Origin: Ruminococcus albus 7 = DSM 20455
GTDB lineage: Bacteria > Bacillota > Clostridia > Oscillospirales > Ruminococcaceae
DNA length: 32,000 nt
Direction of reading: 5' to 3'
NCBI RefSeq assembly: GCF_000179635.2
Contig: NC_014833.1
Coordinates: 870,001-902,000 of the forward strand
A program made the position numbers and the translations under genes. Each line of letters starts with the position of its first letter. Position 1 is the stretch's first letter. Of this stretch, positions 1 to 7,946 are shown piece after piece. Under the pieces are notes generated by a model that ran no database searches, had not been told where the DNA came from, and saw only the letters and a list, made by a program, of their open reading frames with translations.

Positions 1-73
1 ATATTTCCAACTGAGTTCTGCTCATGAATGGTGTCATAGTTTACGCACTCCTGTACGCGTTAGAATTATAATA

Positions 74-96
74 TGGTTATCTTTTAGCACACCACA
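74..96. repeat. Orphan, diverged IS1595-family terminal inverted repeat
   Basis: ggttatcttttagcacaccaca (74-96) aligns with the terminal repeat of the two IS1595-type copies in this window (ggttatccc[c/t]ttaacacaccaca at 12094 and 19732). No transposase ORF is attached to it. Confidence 0.4.
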
Positions 97-220
97 TGAT
101 CTTACATTATTATAAGCGTTTATAAAGGATCTGTTATCTATCAGGTAAATTATGTGGTAACTTAGGTGCGCATGACTGATATCCATTAAATATTATATCA
201 TATGTATCAATAAAAGTAAA

Positions 221-470
221 GCAACTGCAACGTGCTTGAATGTTAGCTTTAGTTGCGAAGCCTCACACGACTAAAGTCGCGTGCTTCCAATAGTGTCCTA
301 TAGGACACGCCCACTTTAGGAGGGCGGACTACGTTTCTACCATACAGCCTGAACTCAGAAAATTATGCTGTTGGAGCAATAAATTCCGCATTCAGGTTAA
401 CTAAGGTAGAGAACGTGCAGGTGCTTCTCTTACTGCATTGAGGGACTTTAGCCTCAATGAGCAACCTTGA
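221..470 (-). ncRNA. Candidate TnpB guide-RNA scaffold (omega/reRNA); boundaries approximate
   Basis: The position matches where TnpB omega-RNAs lie: overlapping the 3' end of tnpB and running ~100-150 nt past its stop. The tail holds several hairpins, written here as plus-strand text: gtgtcctataggacac (293-308); gaagc..cacgactaaagtcgcg..gcttc (257-287); gcaact..agttgc (221-256). No expression data or covariance model was available. Confidence 0.3.
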
Positions 471-1688
471 ATTCTCATCCAAGGATTTTAATATTTCACG
501 TATGAAGTATCTTGCCCCTATATTATACGAAGCAGATAGATCACAGTTGTAGGTCTTGCCATTTTGAAATTTGCATAGCTCATAGGTATTGAAACCACCG
601 AATTTACCACGAAGTACAAAACCACTGCCATCGTAGGCAAGGCGTGACGTATTCCATGCACAGATATGGCTTACTCTCATACCTAGTCTGTGAGCTTTAT
701 TCGTTACAATAGACTGAACTTCCTGACTGCGCCACAGCTTGAGTTTCTGCTTTTTAGAACCGCGGACCTTACCGTTCTTGTCTAAATGCTCAAATACAAT
801 AACATCTGCATTATAAAGAACAGCTATATCTACGATGCAGGCAGCAGTTTTAGTGGCAATGTCGTGATTGATTCCTTTGGCTTTTGCCCAAAGCCTTGGT
901 GTTTTATAGTTACCATGCTGCTGAGCTTTTTTTATACGGTTAACACAATGCATAAGATGGTCTGTTTCTTTGGTAAGCTTATAAAAATGCCTTCCAAGAA
1001 TAGTGCCATCTGAACGCATTACGGAAATCGTAGCTGCGGTGTTTATTCCAAGATCTACAGCAACAATGGTCTGTTCATACACAGATATATCTGCAAGTTT
1101 GACCTTTTCCTCAAACGGAAAGTCCAAAAACCACTCCTTGCCTCGTTTTTGAAGTGTTGGAGCGCATTGCTTGCGAAAATTGCAATGTCTGTATATATAA
1201 TCCATATCAGACTTTTTAAAGTTTATCGTTATCCAGTCCCATGTATTACGGATGTAGACTTTGATCTGGGCAGTATAATCACCGGTCTGATTGTACATTC
1301 CTGTACGATACATTGACGGAAATGTATATCCTGCTTTTGGATACGATGGTTCTCTGCCTACAGGATCTTTTATCCAATTGGCGAGATTGCTTTTGTAAGA
1401 TGATACCTTGCCTATAGCTTCGTTAATAGCACCACGGCGCAGATAGCTTGGCATCTTATAGAATTTTGTATCAAAATCATAAATTGGATCGGGATTATCT
1501 TTTGTAGAATGGATCAGTGTTTCAATATATGTGAGTTTACTCACCCCTTTGAATGAAACAATGTTATCCCATTTATCAAGACATACTTTGATAAGGTAAT
1601 CTACAGCATGTCTGTATACGATAACGGTATCTTTAAAGATGTTGTTGTAATGCTTGATCTTAACGCTATAAGTCGTATATATCTGCAT
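363..1688 (-). CDS. tnpB: TnpB / IS605 OrfB-family RuvC nuclease (transposon-associated, RNA-guided endonuclease family), 441 aa
   Basis: The RuvC triad is readable in the canonical order and context: VAVDLGINTAA (D), VIVFEHLD (E), NCDLSASYNIGARY (D, matching the DxxxNAAxNI-type motif). WNTSR sits where TnpB proteins have yTSQ. A strong AAGGAGG ribosome-binding site lies ~9 nt upstream of the ATG. No tnpA gene is adjacent. Confidence 0.85.
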   Translation of the reverse strand: MQIYTTYSVKIKHYNNIFKDTVIVYRHAVDYLIKVCLDKWDNIVSFKGVSKLTYIETLIHSTKDNPDPIYDFDTKFYKMPSYLRRGAINEAIGKVSSYKSNLANWIKDPVGREPSYPKAGYTFPSMYRTGMYNQTGDYTAQIKVYIRNTWDWITINFKKSDMDYIYRHCNFRKQCAPTLQKRGKEWFLDFPFEEKVKLADISVYEQTIVAVDLGINTAATISVMRSDGTILGRHFYKLTKETDHLMHCVNRIKKAQQHGNYKTPRLWAKAKGINHDIATKTAACIVDIAVLYNADVIVFEHLDKNGKVRGSKKQKLKLWRSQEVQSIVTNKAHRLGMRVSHICAWNTSRLAYDGSGFVLRGKFGGFNTYELCKFQNGKTYNCDLSASYNIGARYFIREILKSLDENSRLLIEAKVPQCSKRSTCTFSTLVNLNAEFIAPTA

Positions 1689-1852
1689 ACTGTAGACTCC
1701 CTCCTTCTACTTAGTTTTTTGAGAATTAATGTAATCAGTTACCTGTTTAAGACTTCTGTCGCTTACAGTTGCTACAAAATACGATGGATTCCATATATAT
1801 TTATTATAGTAGATTTTTTTAAGAATTTAAAATTTTATATACTTAAAAGTTG

Positions 1853-1886
1853 TTCTGTGTTTGTGTCACGCGTGACACAAACAGAA
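1853..1886 (-). repeat. Long imperfect palindrome upstream of the tnpB promoter region (possible IS end hairpin or read-through terminator)
   Basis: ttctgtgtttgtgtcacg/cgtgacacaaacagaa forms a 16-bp stem with a 2-nt bulge. It lies ~165 nt upstream of the tnpB start and ~30 nt inside the point (1916/1917) where similarity to the second repeat copy stops. Confidence 0.45.
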
Positions 1887-1916
1887 TTCAATTTTTCTTT
1901 TTATGAGGTTTAATAT

Positions 1917-2210
1917 GCAGAAAGACAGCTAAGCTTACACACTTAGCTGTCTTTCACTTAAGAATTATAGTATCTGACATTCTTAATTGAGGCTTACAGT
2001 TTACAAGACGAAGTATATGATCAGGACTTCCTGTATTTGGTAGTTCTTACGATATGGTATTACAATGAATATACATACCCTCGACCATGCGTAGCATCTT
2101 TAGGTATTGAAAATAAATTATTTATATTATACCATATGTACGGCAGGATGTCAAGAAATGCCGCCTAACTCATGACTAAAGTCACGAGCGTGCGGCGGCA
2201 AAATCGTCAA
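1917..2210. repeat. Inverted-repeat arm A (174-bp perfect block 1917-2090, 57-bp arm-specific insert 2091-2147, second block 2148-2210)
   Basis: By hand alignment, 1917-2090 equals the reverse complement of 19538-19711 with no mismatch. 2148-2210 matches the reverse complement of 19465-19529, apart from taac versus gcacgc and one further mismatch. Confidence 0.9.
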
Positions 2211-3495
2211 AGTACTGCAAAAGCAGCAGCACAGCACCGTCATAGCAATTTTCTTCGAGGATATCCTCCTGTATATCCCAGCCCACGTCGGCAGTTGCAG
2301 TTATAGCATCGTTTACTGCGGGCATTTCGTCGATGATGTGCTCATCCTCATCGAATATCTCAATTTCGATATCGTCCGATGCATCAAATATCATCTGTGC
2401 CCGTTCACTGATCTGCGGTTCGTTCTTATAATACTTGTCGTACAGAAACTGCATGGCTTCTTCCGCTCGCTCAGATTCTTCCGTTGAATCAATTGGTAGA
2501 TGAACGTCAAGCTCGCCGCTTTCAATCATGCCGTCAAACTCTTTCCTCATTTCCACGTCGATATTCTCGTAATAGATGTCGCATATCCACCAATAAAGTG
2601 CATCAAAACCTGCAATACGCAGATAAGGATCCGGGCTTTGGGTAAGCGCAACTATGCTCAGCATTTCAGCCTCGTTTTCAAGAAAATAGCCCTTGTGGTG
2701 TGCAAGTTCATGAGCATCTGTAACGATGCGGTCGAGCGGTGACAGATACTTACTGCGAGTAGGCTCCATCGTAAAAGGATAGTTGTACCCCCCTATACCC
2801 ATTCGGTCAAGTATATCCGAACAGAGCGCGGTTTTTACGGGTGGATAGTAACCATTCAAGCGGGGAAATTCTTCTCCCATAGACCGCATGGCATCTGCGA
2901 TAAGGGACTGAGTATCTTCCGTAGTCGGGAAAATCACTTTACCATCGGAGGATATCTCTATTTCTTCAGCGGCAGAATTGATCCCGTCTACCGAATATCT
3001 TACAAGCTTTTCGATCTCATAAGGATCGAATTCTGTTCGGGTGTCTGTTTCACCCTTTCCGAGAACCGTCCCGCAGAAGGGTATGTACCAGGTCGGCATA
3101 TAGATAAATACCGTACAGACGATCGCCATCAGCAGCGTTTTGAAATACACTGCGCAGAACCTGCGGTACCTATCTTTTTTGCGTAAGAAAATAAGAAGCA
3201 GCAGAAATATCACTGCCAATACCGTCCCTGCGATGCCGATATACATAATTATCTCACCTATCGCAAACGGAACAAGTCCCGTAGCGCGGCTTACACCGTT
3301 GCAAATATTATAGAAAATACTGTCCGTGTATCTGTCGCACAGGTTTGGAAAGAACCAAGCGAGCCCCATCACTGCAGAGCATATCAACAGAACGATCAGC
3401 ACTCGCCAATATGCAGAAAGTTTCTTCAAAATGTCATCTCCTGTTTTACATAATTCACTGACGCTTATTATATCAGACGACATAAGAAAAGTCAA
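2182..3495 (-). CDS. DUF3810-like membrane protein with HExxH zinc-peptidase motif
   Basis: The N-terminal half has several hydrophobic segments. An HELAHHKGYFLENEAE motif follows, matching the HExxH plus downstream E pattern typical of DUF3810-family proteins. The last 8 codons and the stop lie inside repeat arm A. Confidence 0.6.
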   Translation of the reverse strand: MTFLMSSDIISVSELCKTGDDILKKLSAYWRVLIVLLICSAVMGLAWFFPNLCDRYTDSIFYNICNGVSRATGLVPFAIGEIIMYIGIAGTVLAVIFLLLLIFLRKKDRYRRFCAVYFKTLLMAIVCTVFIYMPTWYIPFCGTVLGKGETDTRTEFDPYEIEKLVRYSVDGINSAAEEIEISSDGKVIFPTTEDTQSLIADAMRSMGEEFPRLNGYYPPVKTALCSDILDRMGIGGYNYPFTMEPTRSKYLSPLDRIVTDAHELAHHKGYFLENEAEMLSIVALTQSPDPYLRIAGFDALYWWICDIYYENIDVEMRKEFDGMIESGELDVHLPIDSTEESERAEEAMQFLYDKYYKNEPQISERAQMIFDASDDIEIEIFDEDEHIIDEMPAVNDAITATADVGWDIQEDILEENCYDGAVLLLLQYFDDFAAARS

Positions 3496-3719
3496 CAGAA
3501 CGGTTTGTTATACCTACTTGATATGCAGTCTTGTCACTGGTATACCTTATCAAATATATCTTATGTTTTTTGTACAGCGACTGTAGGAAAGTCATAAAAT
3601 GTAAAGGGTCAAATCGGCAACAGGCCCTAAATATAAACTCACTGCTGTGAAGAATATACATTAATATATTTATCTATTATGTATAAGCAACGAATAATTA
3701 AGAAAACATGTCAATTTTA

Positions 3720-3748
3720 TTGACAATAGCATTTTTGCGTGTTATAAT
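3720..3748 (+). promoter_or_regulatory. Sigma-A-type promoter, TTGACA-17 nt-TATAAT with an extended -10 TG
   Basis: ttgaca (3720-3725), 17-nt spacer ending in tgt, tataat (3743-3748). It lies ~60 nt upstream of the 3808 start codon. Confidence 0.6.
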
Positions 3749-3807
3749 AATTTTGCATTTATTGATATAATATCATATCCAACATTATTGATCGGGAGGG
3801 AATAATT

Positions 3808-5031
3808 ATGAAGATGAAAAAAATATTAGCAGCAGTAATGTCGCTTTGTATGGTAACAGGTGCTGTCAGCTACGGTGCGCCTGTTATTTCACAGGGTATC
3901 ACTGTACAGGCAGCAGAGGCCGAGTCGGATGAAACAACTCTTACCTATCCCACAAACATCAGAGTTGAATACAGTGAAAAATATCACCAGGTAAGGTTCA
4001 AATGGGATGAAGTGGAAGGTGCTGACATGTACGGCATCGCTGTATATCTTGCAGGCAAGTGGAAAGTTCAGACGCAGAACATCACCGATACAGTTTACAC
4101 ATCTCCCAAAAATCTCACACCCGGCATGACTTATAAAGTTGCTATTGCAGCAAGGGTTGACGGAAAATGGGACACTGAAAACGCAATTAAAAATGCTGTA
4201 ACTGTTACCGTAAGAGGCAATAATTCCTATGTCAAGCCTGAAAAAGAAACCTTATATGGTGCGAGATTATATGTTATTGCCAATGAGATCACCTTGTATC
4301 TCGGACCTGATATAAGCTACGGCAAGGTTACAACGATCCCCGCACAAACTATGCTTACGGAACTTGGCGTTATGAATAATAGCAACAACTGGGTATTTAC
4401 AGAATATAAGGGACAGTATGGCTGGGTGCAGCTCGTGGACGATTATGGAAAAAAGCAGATCAGCGTTTTCTTCCCTTCGGTAGACAAGCCTGTTATCTAC
4501 CTCTATCCCGAAAAGGAGACAAACGTTCATGTTGAAGTCGAGCTGACAGAAGCTGATCTTGCCACAACCTATCCTAAGTACAACAACGGCTGGGATATAG
4601 TCGCTAAGCCTAACGGATCACTTGTGAACAAGGTTGACGGAACTCATCACAGATATCTGTTCTGGGACGCAGTAAACTGCCGTACAGCATTTGATTTTTC
4701 CAAGGGATTCTGTGTAGCAGGCAGTGATACTGAGAGTTTCCTCAAAGAGAAACTCAGCTATATGGGACTGAGCGAAGATGAGATGAATGAATTTATCGTA
4801 TACTGGCTGCCTAAAATGGAGCATAACGAGTATAATCTCATTTCCTTCCAGAGTGAAAAATATACAGATTCCGCCAAGCTGAACATAACCCCCGCACCCG
4901 ACAGTATGCTGCGCGTATTCATGACATATGTACCACTTGAAGAGGCTGTGGACATCGAACCGCAGGAGCTTTCCACATTCGAAAGAAACGGATTTACAGT
5001 CGTTGAATGGGGCGGTTCCGAAATAAAATAA
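3808..5031 (+). CDS. Secreted protein: signal peptide, FN3-like module, SH3b-like segment and an uncharacterised C-terminal domain
   Basis: N-terminus MKMKKILAAVMSLCMVTGAVSYGAPV...AAEA resembles a signal peptide. A module (RFKWDEVEGADMYGIAVYLAGKWKV...) is paralogous to the C-terminus of the next gene. GQYGWVQL is an SH3b-like signature. A GGGAGG ribosome-binding site lies upstream. Confidence 0.65.
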   Translation: MKMKKILAAVMSLCMVTGAVSYGAPVISQGITVQAAEAESDETTLTYPTNIRVEYSEKYHQVRFKWDEVEGADMYGIAVYLAGKWKVQTQNITDTVYTSPKNLTPGMTYKVAIAARVDGKWDTENAIKNAVTVTVRGNNSYVKPEKETLYGARLYVIANEITLYLGPDISYGKVTTIPAQTMLTELGVMNNSNNWVFTEYKGQYGWVQLVDDYGKKQISVFFPSVDKPVIYLYPEKETNVHVEVELTEADLATTYPKYNNGWDIVAKPNGSLVNKVDGTHHRYLFWDAVNCRTAFDFSKGFCVAGSDTESFLKEKLSYMGLSEDEMNEFIVYWLPKMEHNEYNLISFQSEKYTDSAKLNITPAPDSMLRVFMTYVPLEEAVDIEPQELSTFERNGFTVVEWGGSEIK

Positions 5032-5357
5032 TAATGTATAGTAATCGACATTGAAATTGCTGCTTTGCGAACTTCGCAAAAGCATATATCAATCTTTTAC
5101 TCGTTCCCAAAGTGCAATTACTTATGTCGTTTAACGATAACATGATGCATTTTTAAAGGGCTGTGTCAGCCGTGTGAGAGATAATGATCTCATGCGGCTG
5201 GTCACGGTCCTTGTTTTATATTTCGTTACTTCGTGAGCGTAATATACAGATGTTGATCCCTTGCATGATCTTAGTTTTAGGTGTGCGGGATATTATACTA
5301 CTACTCTTTTATTGCATTGACGGTACACTGTACTGAAAGTAAGAATAACCGAGTTTT

Positions 5358-5409
5358 TCGGATCATATGTCTCAAAAACATGGAAGTATTCTGTGCCGGC
5401 GGGATAACC
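5358..5409. mobile_element. IS1595-type scar (45-bp internal transposase fragment fused to the terminal gggataacc)
   Basis: 5358-5402 matches 12309-12354 of the intact copy with one 1-nt deletion and one mismatch. It is immediately followed (overlapping by 2 nt) by gggataacc, the outermost 9 nt of the IS right end. This explains the YFHVFETYDP string in the spurious ORF 5293-5598. Confidence 0.6.
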
Positions 5410-5655
5410 GGATCTTCTTATGTCGATCAAGCTCAAGAGTGCTGATATCGAGAGCAAGGACATGATAAGGTCTGAAGGTAAAGTTCTGAAAAATAAAGGC
5501 GAAGAATTACCTAGAACCTGCCGGTGATGTTGCTTTGGTACGGGTTTGATACTTTCCGCAGTTCGGAATATTGTATTCGCATACATAAGGTTTTTCAACG
5601 ATATTTTAAGTATTAGTATACAAAAATAAAGTGAGATAATTGTGTGTTTTTGTAA

Positions 5656-5684
5656 TTGGAAATTATAATAATATATGATATAAT
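5656..5684 (+). promoter_or_regulatory. Sigma-A-type promoter, TTGGAA-17 nt-TATAAT with an extended -10 TG
   Basis: ttggaa (5656-5661), 17-nt spacer ending in tga, tataat (5679-5684). A GAGGAGG ribosome-binding site sits at 5708-5714. Confidence 0.5.
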
Positions 5685-5722
5685 TAAATATTATATGATT
5701 ATATTTTGAGGAGGCAATTATT

Positions 5723-7765
5723 ATGAATAAACGTTTATTATGCGGACTGGCTGCACTGGCCGTTGTCTTTTCGGGCGCGGGGACGCTGCCTGCTGGGATT
5801 TTTGAGGGCTTTTCTCTGAGGGCTAACGCGGAATCGTCCGGGAAGTATGCGGATTTCTCTTATATTGTACATGACGACTGTATAGAGATTCTCCAGTACT
5901 ACGGTACTGACGAAATAGTTACTGTTCCTTCCGAGATCGACGGAAAAGCTGTTACAAGCATCGGCTCATATGCTTTCTATTCGTGCCCTGGACTTAAAAG
6001 CGTAATTATCCCCGACGGCGTGACACGTATCGGCGATTTCGCTTTCTATGAAAGCGAAGTTGAAAGCGTAACTATCCCGAATACAGTAGAAAGCATCGAC
6101 GAATACGCTTTCTGCAAATGCAAAGGCATTAAAAGCATTACCATCCCCGGCAACAAAACGCACATCGGCAACAATGCTTTCCGAGACTGCCAAAACCTTG
6201 AAAAGGTAATTCTCTCGGACGGTGTGTCGTATATCGGCAGATATGCTTTCAGCGGTTGCTATGCTCTTTCAGGCATAAATTTACCTGATAATATCACAAG
6301 CATTTGCGCGGGTACTTTCAACAGATGCTACGATCTCGAAAATGTAACTATACCTGACAGCGTTACAAGCATCGATGATTATGCTTTCTGCGGTTGCACA
6401 AGCTTTGATGACATTACTATCCCGGAAAGCGTAACAAGCATTGGCAATGGTGCTTTTTCCGAGTGTTCAAATATTAAAAGCTTTACTATTCCTGACAGCG
6501 TTACAAGCTTTGGCGATGCTGTTTTTTACGGCTGCACAAGCCTTACAGACGTAAAACTCCCTGACGGCTTGACAAAACTTGGCAATTATATGTTCGGCGA
6601 CTGCAAAAGCCTTGAAAGCTATACTATACCTGACGGCATTACAAGCATCGGCGAAAACGCCTTTGAAAGATGCCATAACCTTAAAAGCATTATTATACCG
6701 GATACTGTTACAAGTATTGGTGATTCTGCTTTTCAAAGCTGCACAAGCCTTGCAGACATAAAGCTGCCGAAGGGCATTACACGCATTGGCACTTCAGAGT
6801 TCTGTGGCTGTTCAAGCCTTGCCGGGTTTACTATCCCTGACAGCGTTACCAGCATCGGCTCCTGCGCTTTCGAGGACTGCACAAGCCTTACAGGTATTAC
6901 TGTCCCTGACAGCGTTACAAGTATTGGCGGTTATGTTTTTAGCGGCTGCACAAGCCTTACAGACGTAAAGCTGCCGAAGGGTATTACAAGCATTGGTTAT
7001 TCAGCCTTCGATGGCTGCTCAAGCCTTGCAAGCATCACTATCCCTGACAGCGTTACTAACATCGGCGACTGGGCTTTTGCCGACTGTTCGAGCCTTACAG
7101 GAATTACTATCCCGGACAGCGTTACTAACATCGGCGAGTGGGCTTTTGCCGACTGTTCAAACCTTACAGATATTACCATCCCAAACAGTGTGACCTTCAT
7201 CGGCAAATGGGCTTTCGGCGGCTGCACAAGCCTTACAGACATTACTATACCGGAAAGCGTTACAGACATCGGAGAGTCGGCTTTCATTAACTGCTCAAAC
7301 CTTACAGGCATTTCTGTACCAAAAAGCGTTATGACCATTGGCAAAAATGCTTTTGGGTATCATTATGAATATAATAATTATTATGGTAGTGTATATAAAA
7401 AGGCTGACGGCTTTACAATAAAAGGCTATAAAGGCACTGCCGCCGAGACCTACGCGGACAAAAACGGCTTTAAGTTCACAGCCCTTGACGGAACCGCTGA
7501 GAGATATCCAGTTGTCAAGTCCGAGGTTCGTGGCAGACAGTTCAGGTTAAATTGGACTGATGTTGCGGGAGCGGAAAAGTACGGTATAGCTGTATATCAG
7601 GCTGGCAAATGGCGCGTAAAGGTTCAGGTCAATGGAAATGTTACAAGCTACACATCGCCCAAGGTAGAAACAGGCACTTATAAAATGGTAGTCTGCGCCA
7701 AGGTAAACGGCGAATGGGATACAGGAAGTATAAACAAGAGAGCTTTCAATGTTACAATAGAATGA
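5723..7765 (+). CDS. Secreted BspA-type leucine-rich-repeat surface protein with a C-terminal FN3-like module
   Basis: A signal peptide is followed by ~20 consecutive ~23-aa units of the form I(T/I)IPDSVTSIGxxAFxxCxSLxx. The C-terminal module reads FRLNWTDVAGAEKYGIAVYQAGKWRV... Confidence 0.85.
   Translation: MNKRLLCGLAALAVVFSGAGTLPAGIFEGFSLRANAESSGKYADFSYIVHDDCIEILQYYGTDEIVTVPSEIDGKAVTSIGSYAFYSCPGLKSVIIPDGVTRIGDFAFYESEVESVTIPNTVESIDEYAFCKCKGIKSITIPGNKTHIGNNAFRDCQNLEKVILSDGVSYIGRYAFSGCYALSGINLPDNITSICAGTFNRCYDLENVTIPDSVTSIDDYAFCGCTSFDDITIPESVTSIGNGAFSECSNIKSFTIPDSVTSFGDAVFYGCTSLTDVKLPDGLTKLGNYMFGDCKSLESYTIPDGITSIGENAFERCHNLKSIIIPDTVTSIGDSAFQSCTSLADIKLPKGITRIGTSEFCGCSSLAGFTIPDSVTSIGSCAFEDCTSLTGITVPDSVTSIGGYVFSGCTSLTDVKLPKGITSIGYSAFDGCSSLASITIPDSVTNIGDWAFADCSSLTGITIPDSVTNIGEWAFADCSNLTDITIPNSVTFIGKWAFGGCTSLTDITIPESVTDIGESAFINCSNLTGISVPKSVMTIGKNAFGYHYEYNNYYGSVYKKADGFTIKGYKGTAAETYADKNGFKFTALDGTAERYPVVKSEVRGRQFRLNWTDVAGAEKYGIAVYQAGKWRVKVQVNGNVTSYTSPKVETGTYKMVVCAKVNGEWDTGSINKRAFNVTIE
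5915..7345 (+). repeat. 69-bp-periodic coding tandem repeats (LRR units)
   Basis: The period is visible at the DNA level. Adjacent units 7040-7108 and 7109-7177 are identical at 62 of 69 positions by hand alignment. Longer duplicated blocks also recur, for example ggctgcacaagccttacagacgtaaa at ~6530 and ~6946. Confidence 0.85.
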
Positions 7766-7799
7766 CCTGAAATATAAAAAGAATATCCGTAAAAACAAG

Positions 7800-7840
7800 C
7801 GGCAGAACGTCTAAAAGCGAGCGTTCTGCCGTTGTTTTTT
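7800..7840. terminator. Rho-independent terminator (bidirectional shape)
   Basis: The stem is cggcagaacg (7800-7809) paired with cgttctgccg (7822-7831). A ttgtttttt run follows and aaaaacaag precedes it. Confidence 0.75.
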
Positions 7841-7946
7841 ACTGCATATATTTACCGCCTGTTTAATACACTCAATTATATCACAATGACAGATTACATA
7901 ATGCTTTTTACTACTCTCAATTTCTGATATTATCCAGTTCCGATGC

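Noticed and set aside
1608-1913. 101-aa plus-strand ORF across the tnpB start and upstream region
   Set aside because: It is a low-complexity, AT-rich translation. It overlaps the tnpB ribosome-binding site, promoter and long palindrome, and nothing supports it as coding.
3706-3726. Palindrome tgtcaattttattgaca overlapping the -35 box of the 3808 promoter, as a possible operator
   Set aside because: It can be explained as two back-to-back -35-like hexamers in a divergent intergenic region. No regulator gene is linked to it and no second copy exists in the window.
5293-5598. 101-aa minus-strand ORF containing YFHVFETYDP
   Set aside because: The only protein-like stretch comes from a 45-bp IS1595 transposase fragment. 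The rest is non-coding-looking spacer, so I treat it as an IS scar rather than a gene.
6467-7344. Several 60-115-aa ORFs in alternative frames and on the opposite strand within the LRR gene (6467-6736, 6579-6761, 6786-6968, 6993-7193, 6997-7344)
   Set aside because: Their ALQ/SLT-rich periodic sequences are simply the 69-bp coding repeat read out of frame. They have no ribosome-binding sites and lie entirely inside a much better-supported gene.
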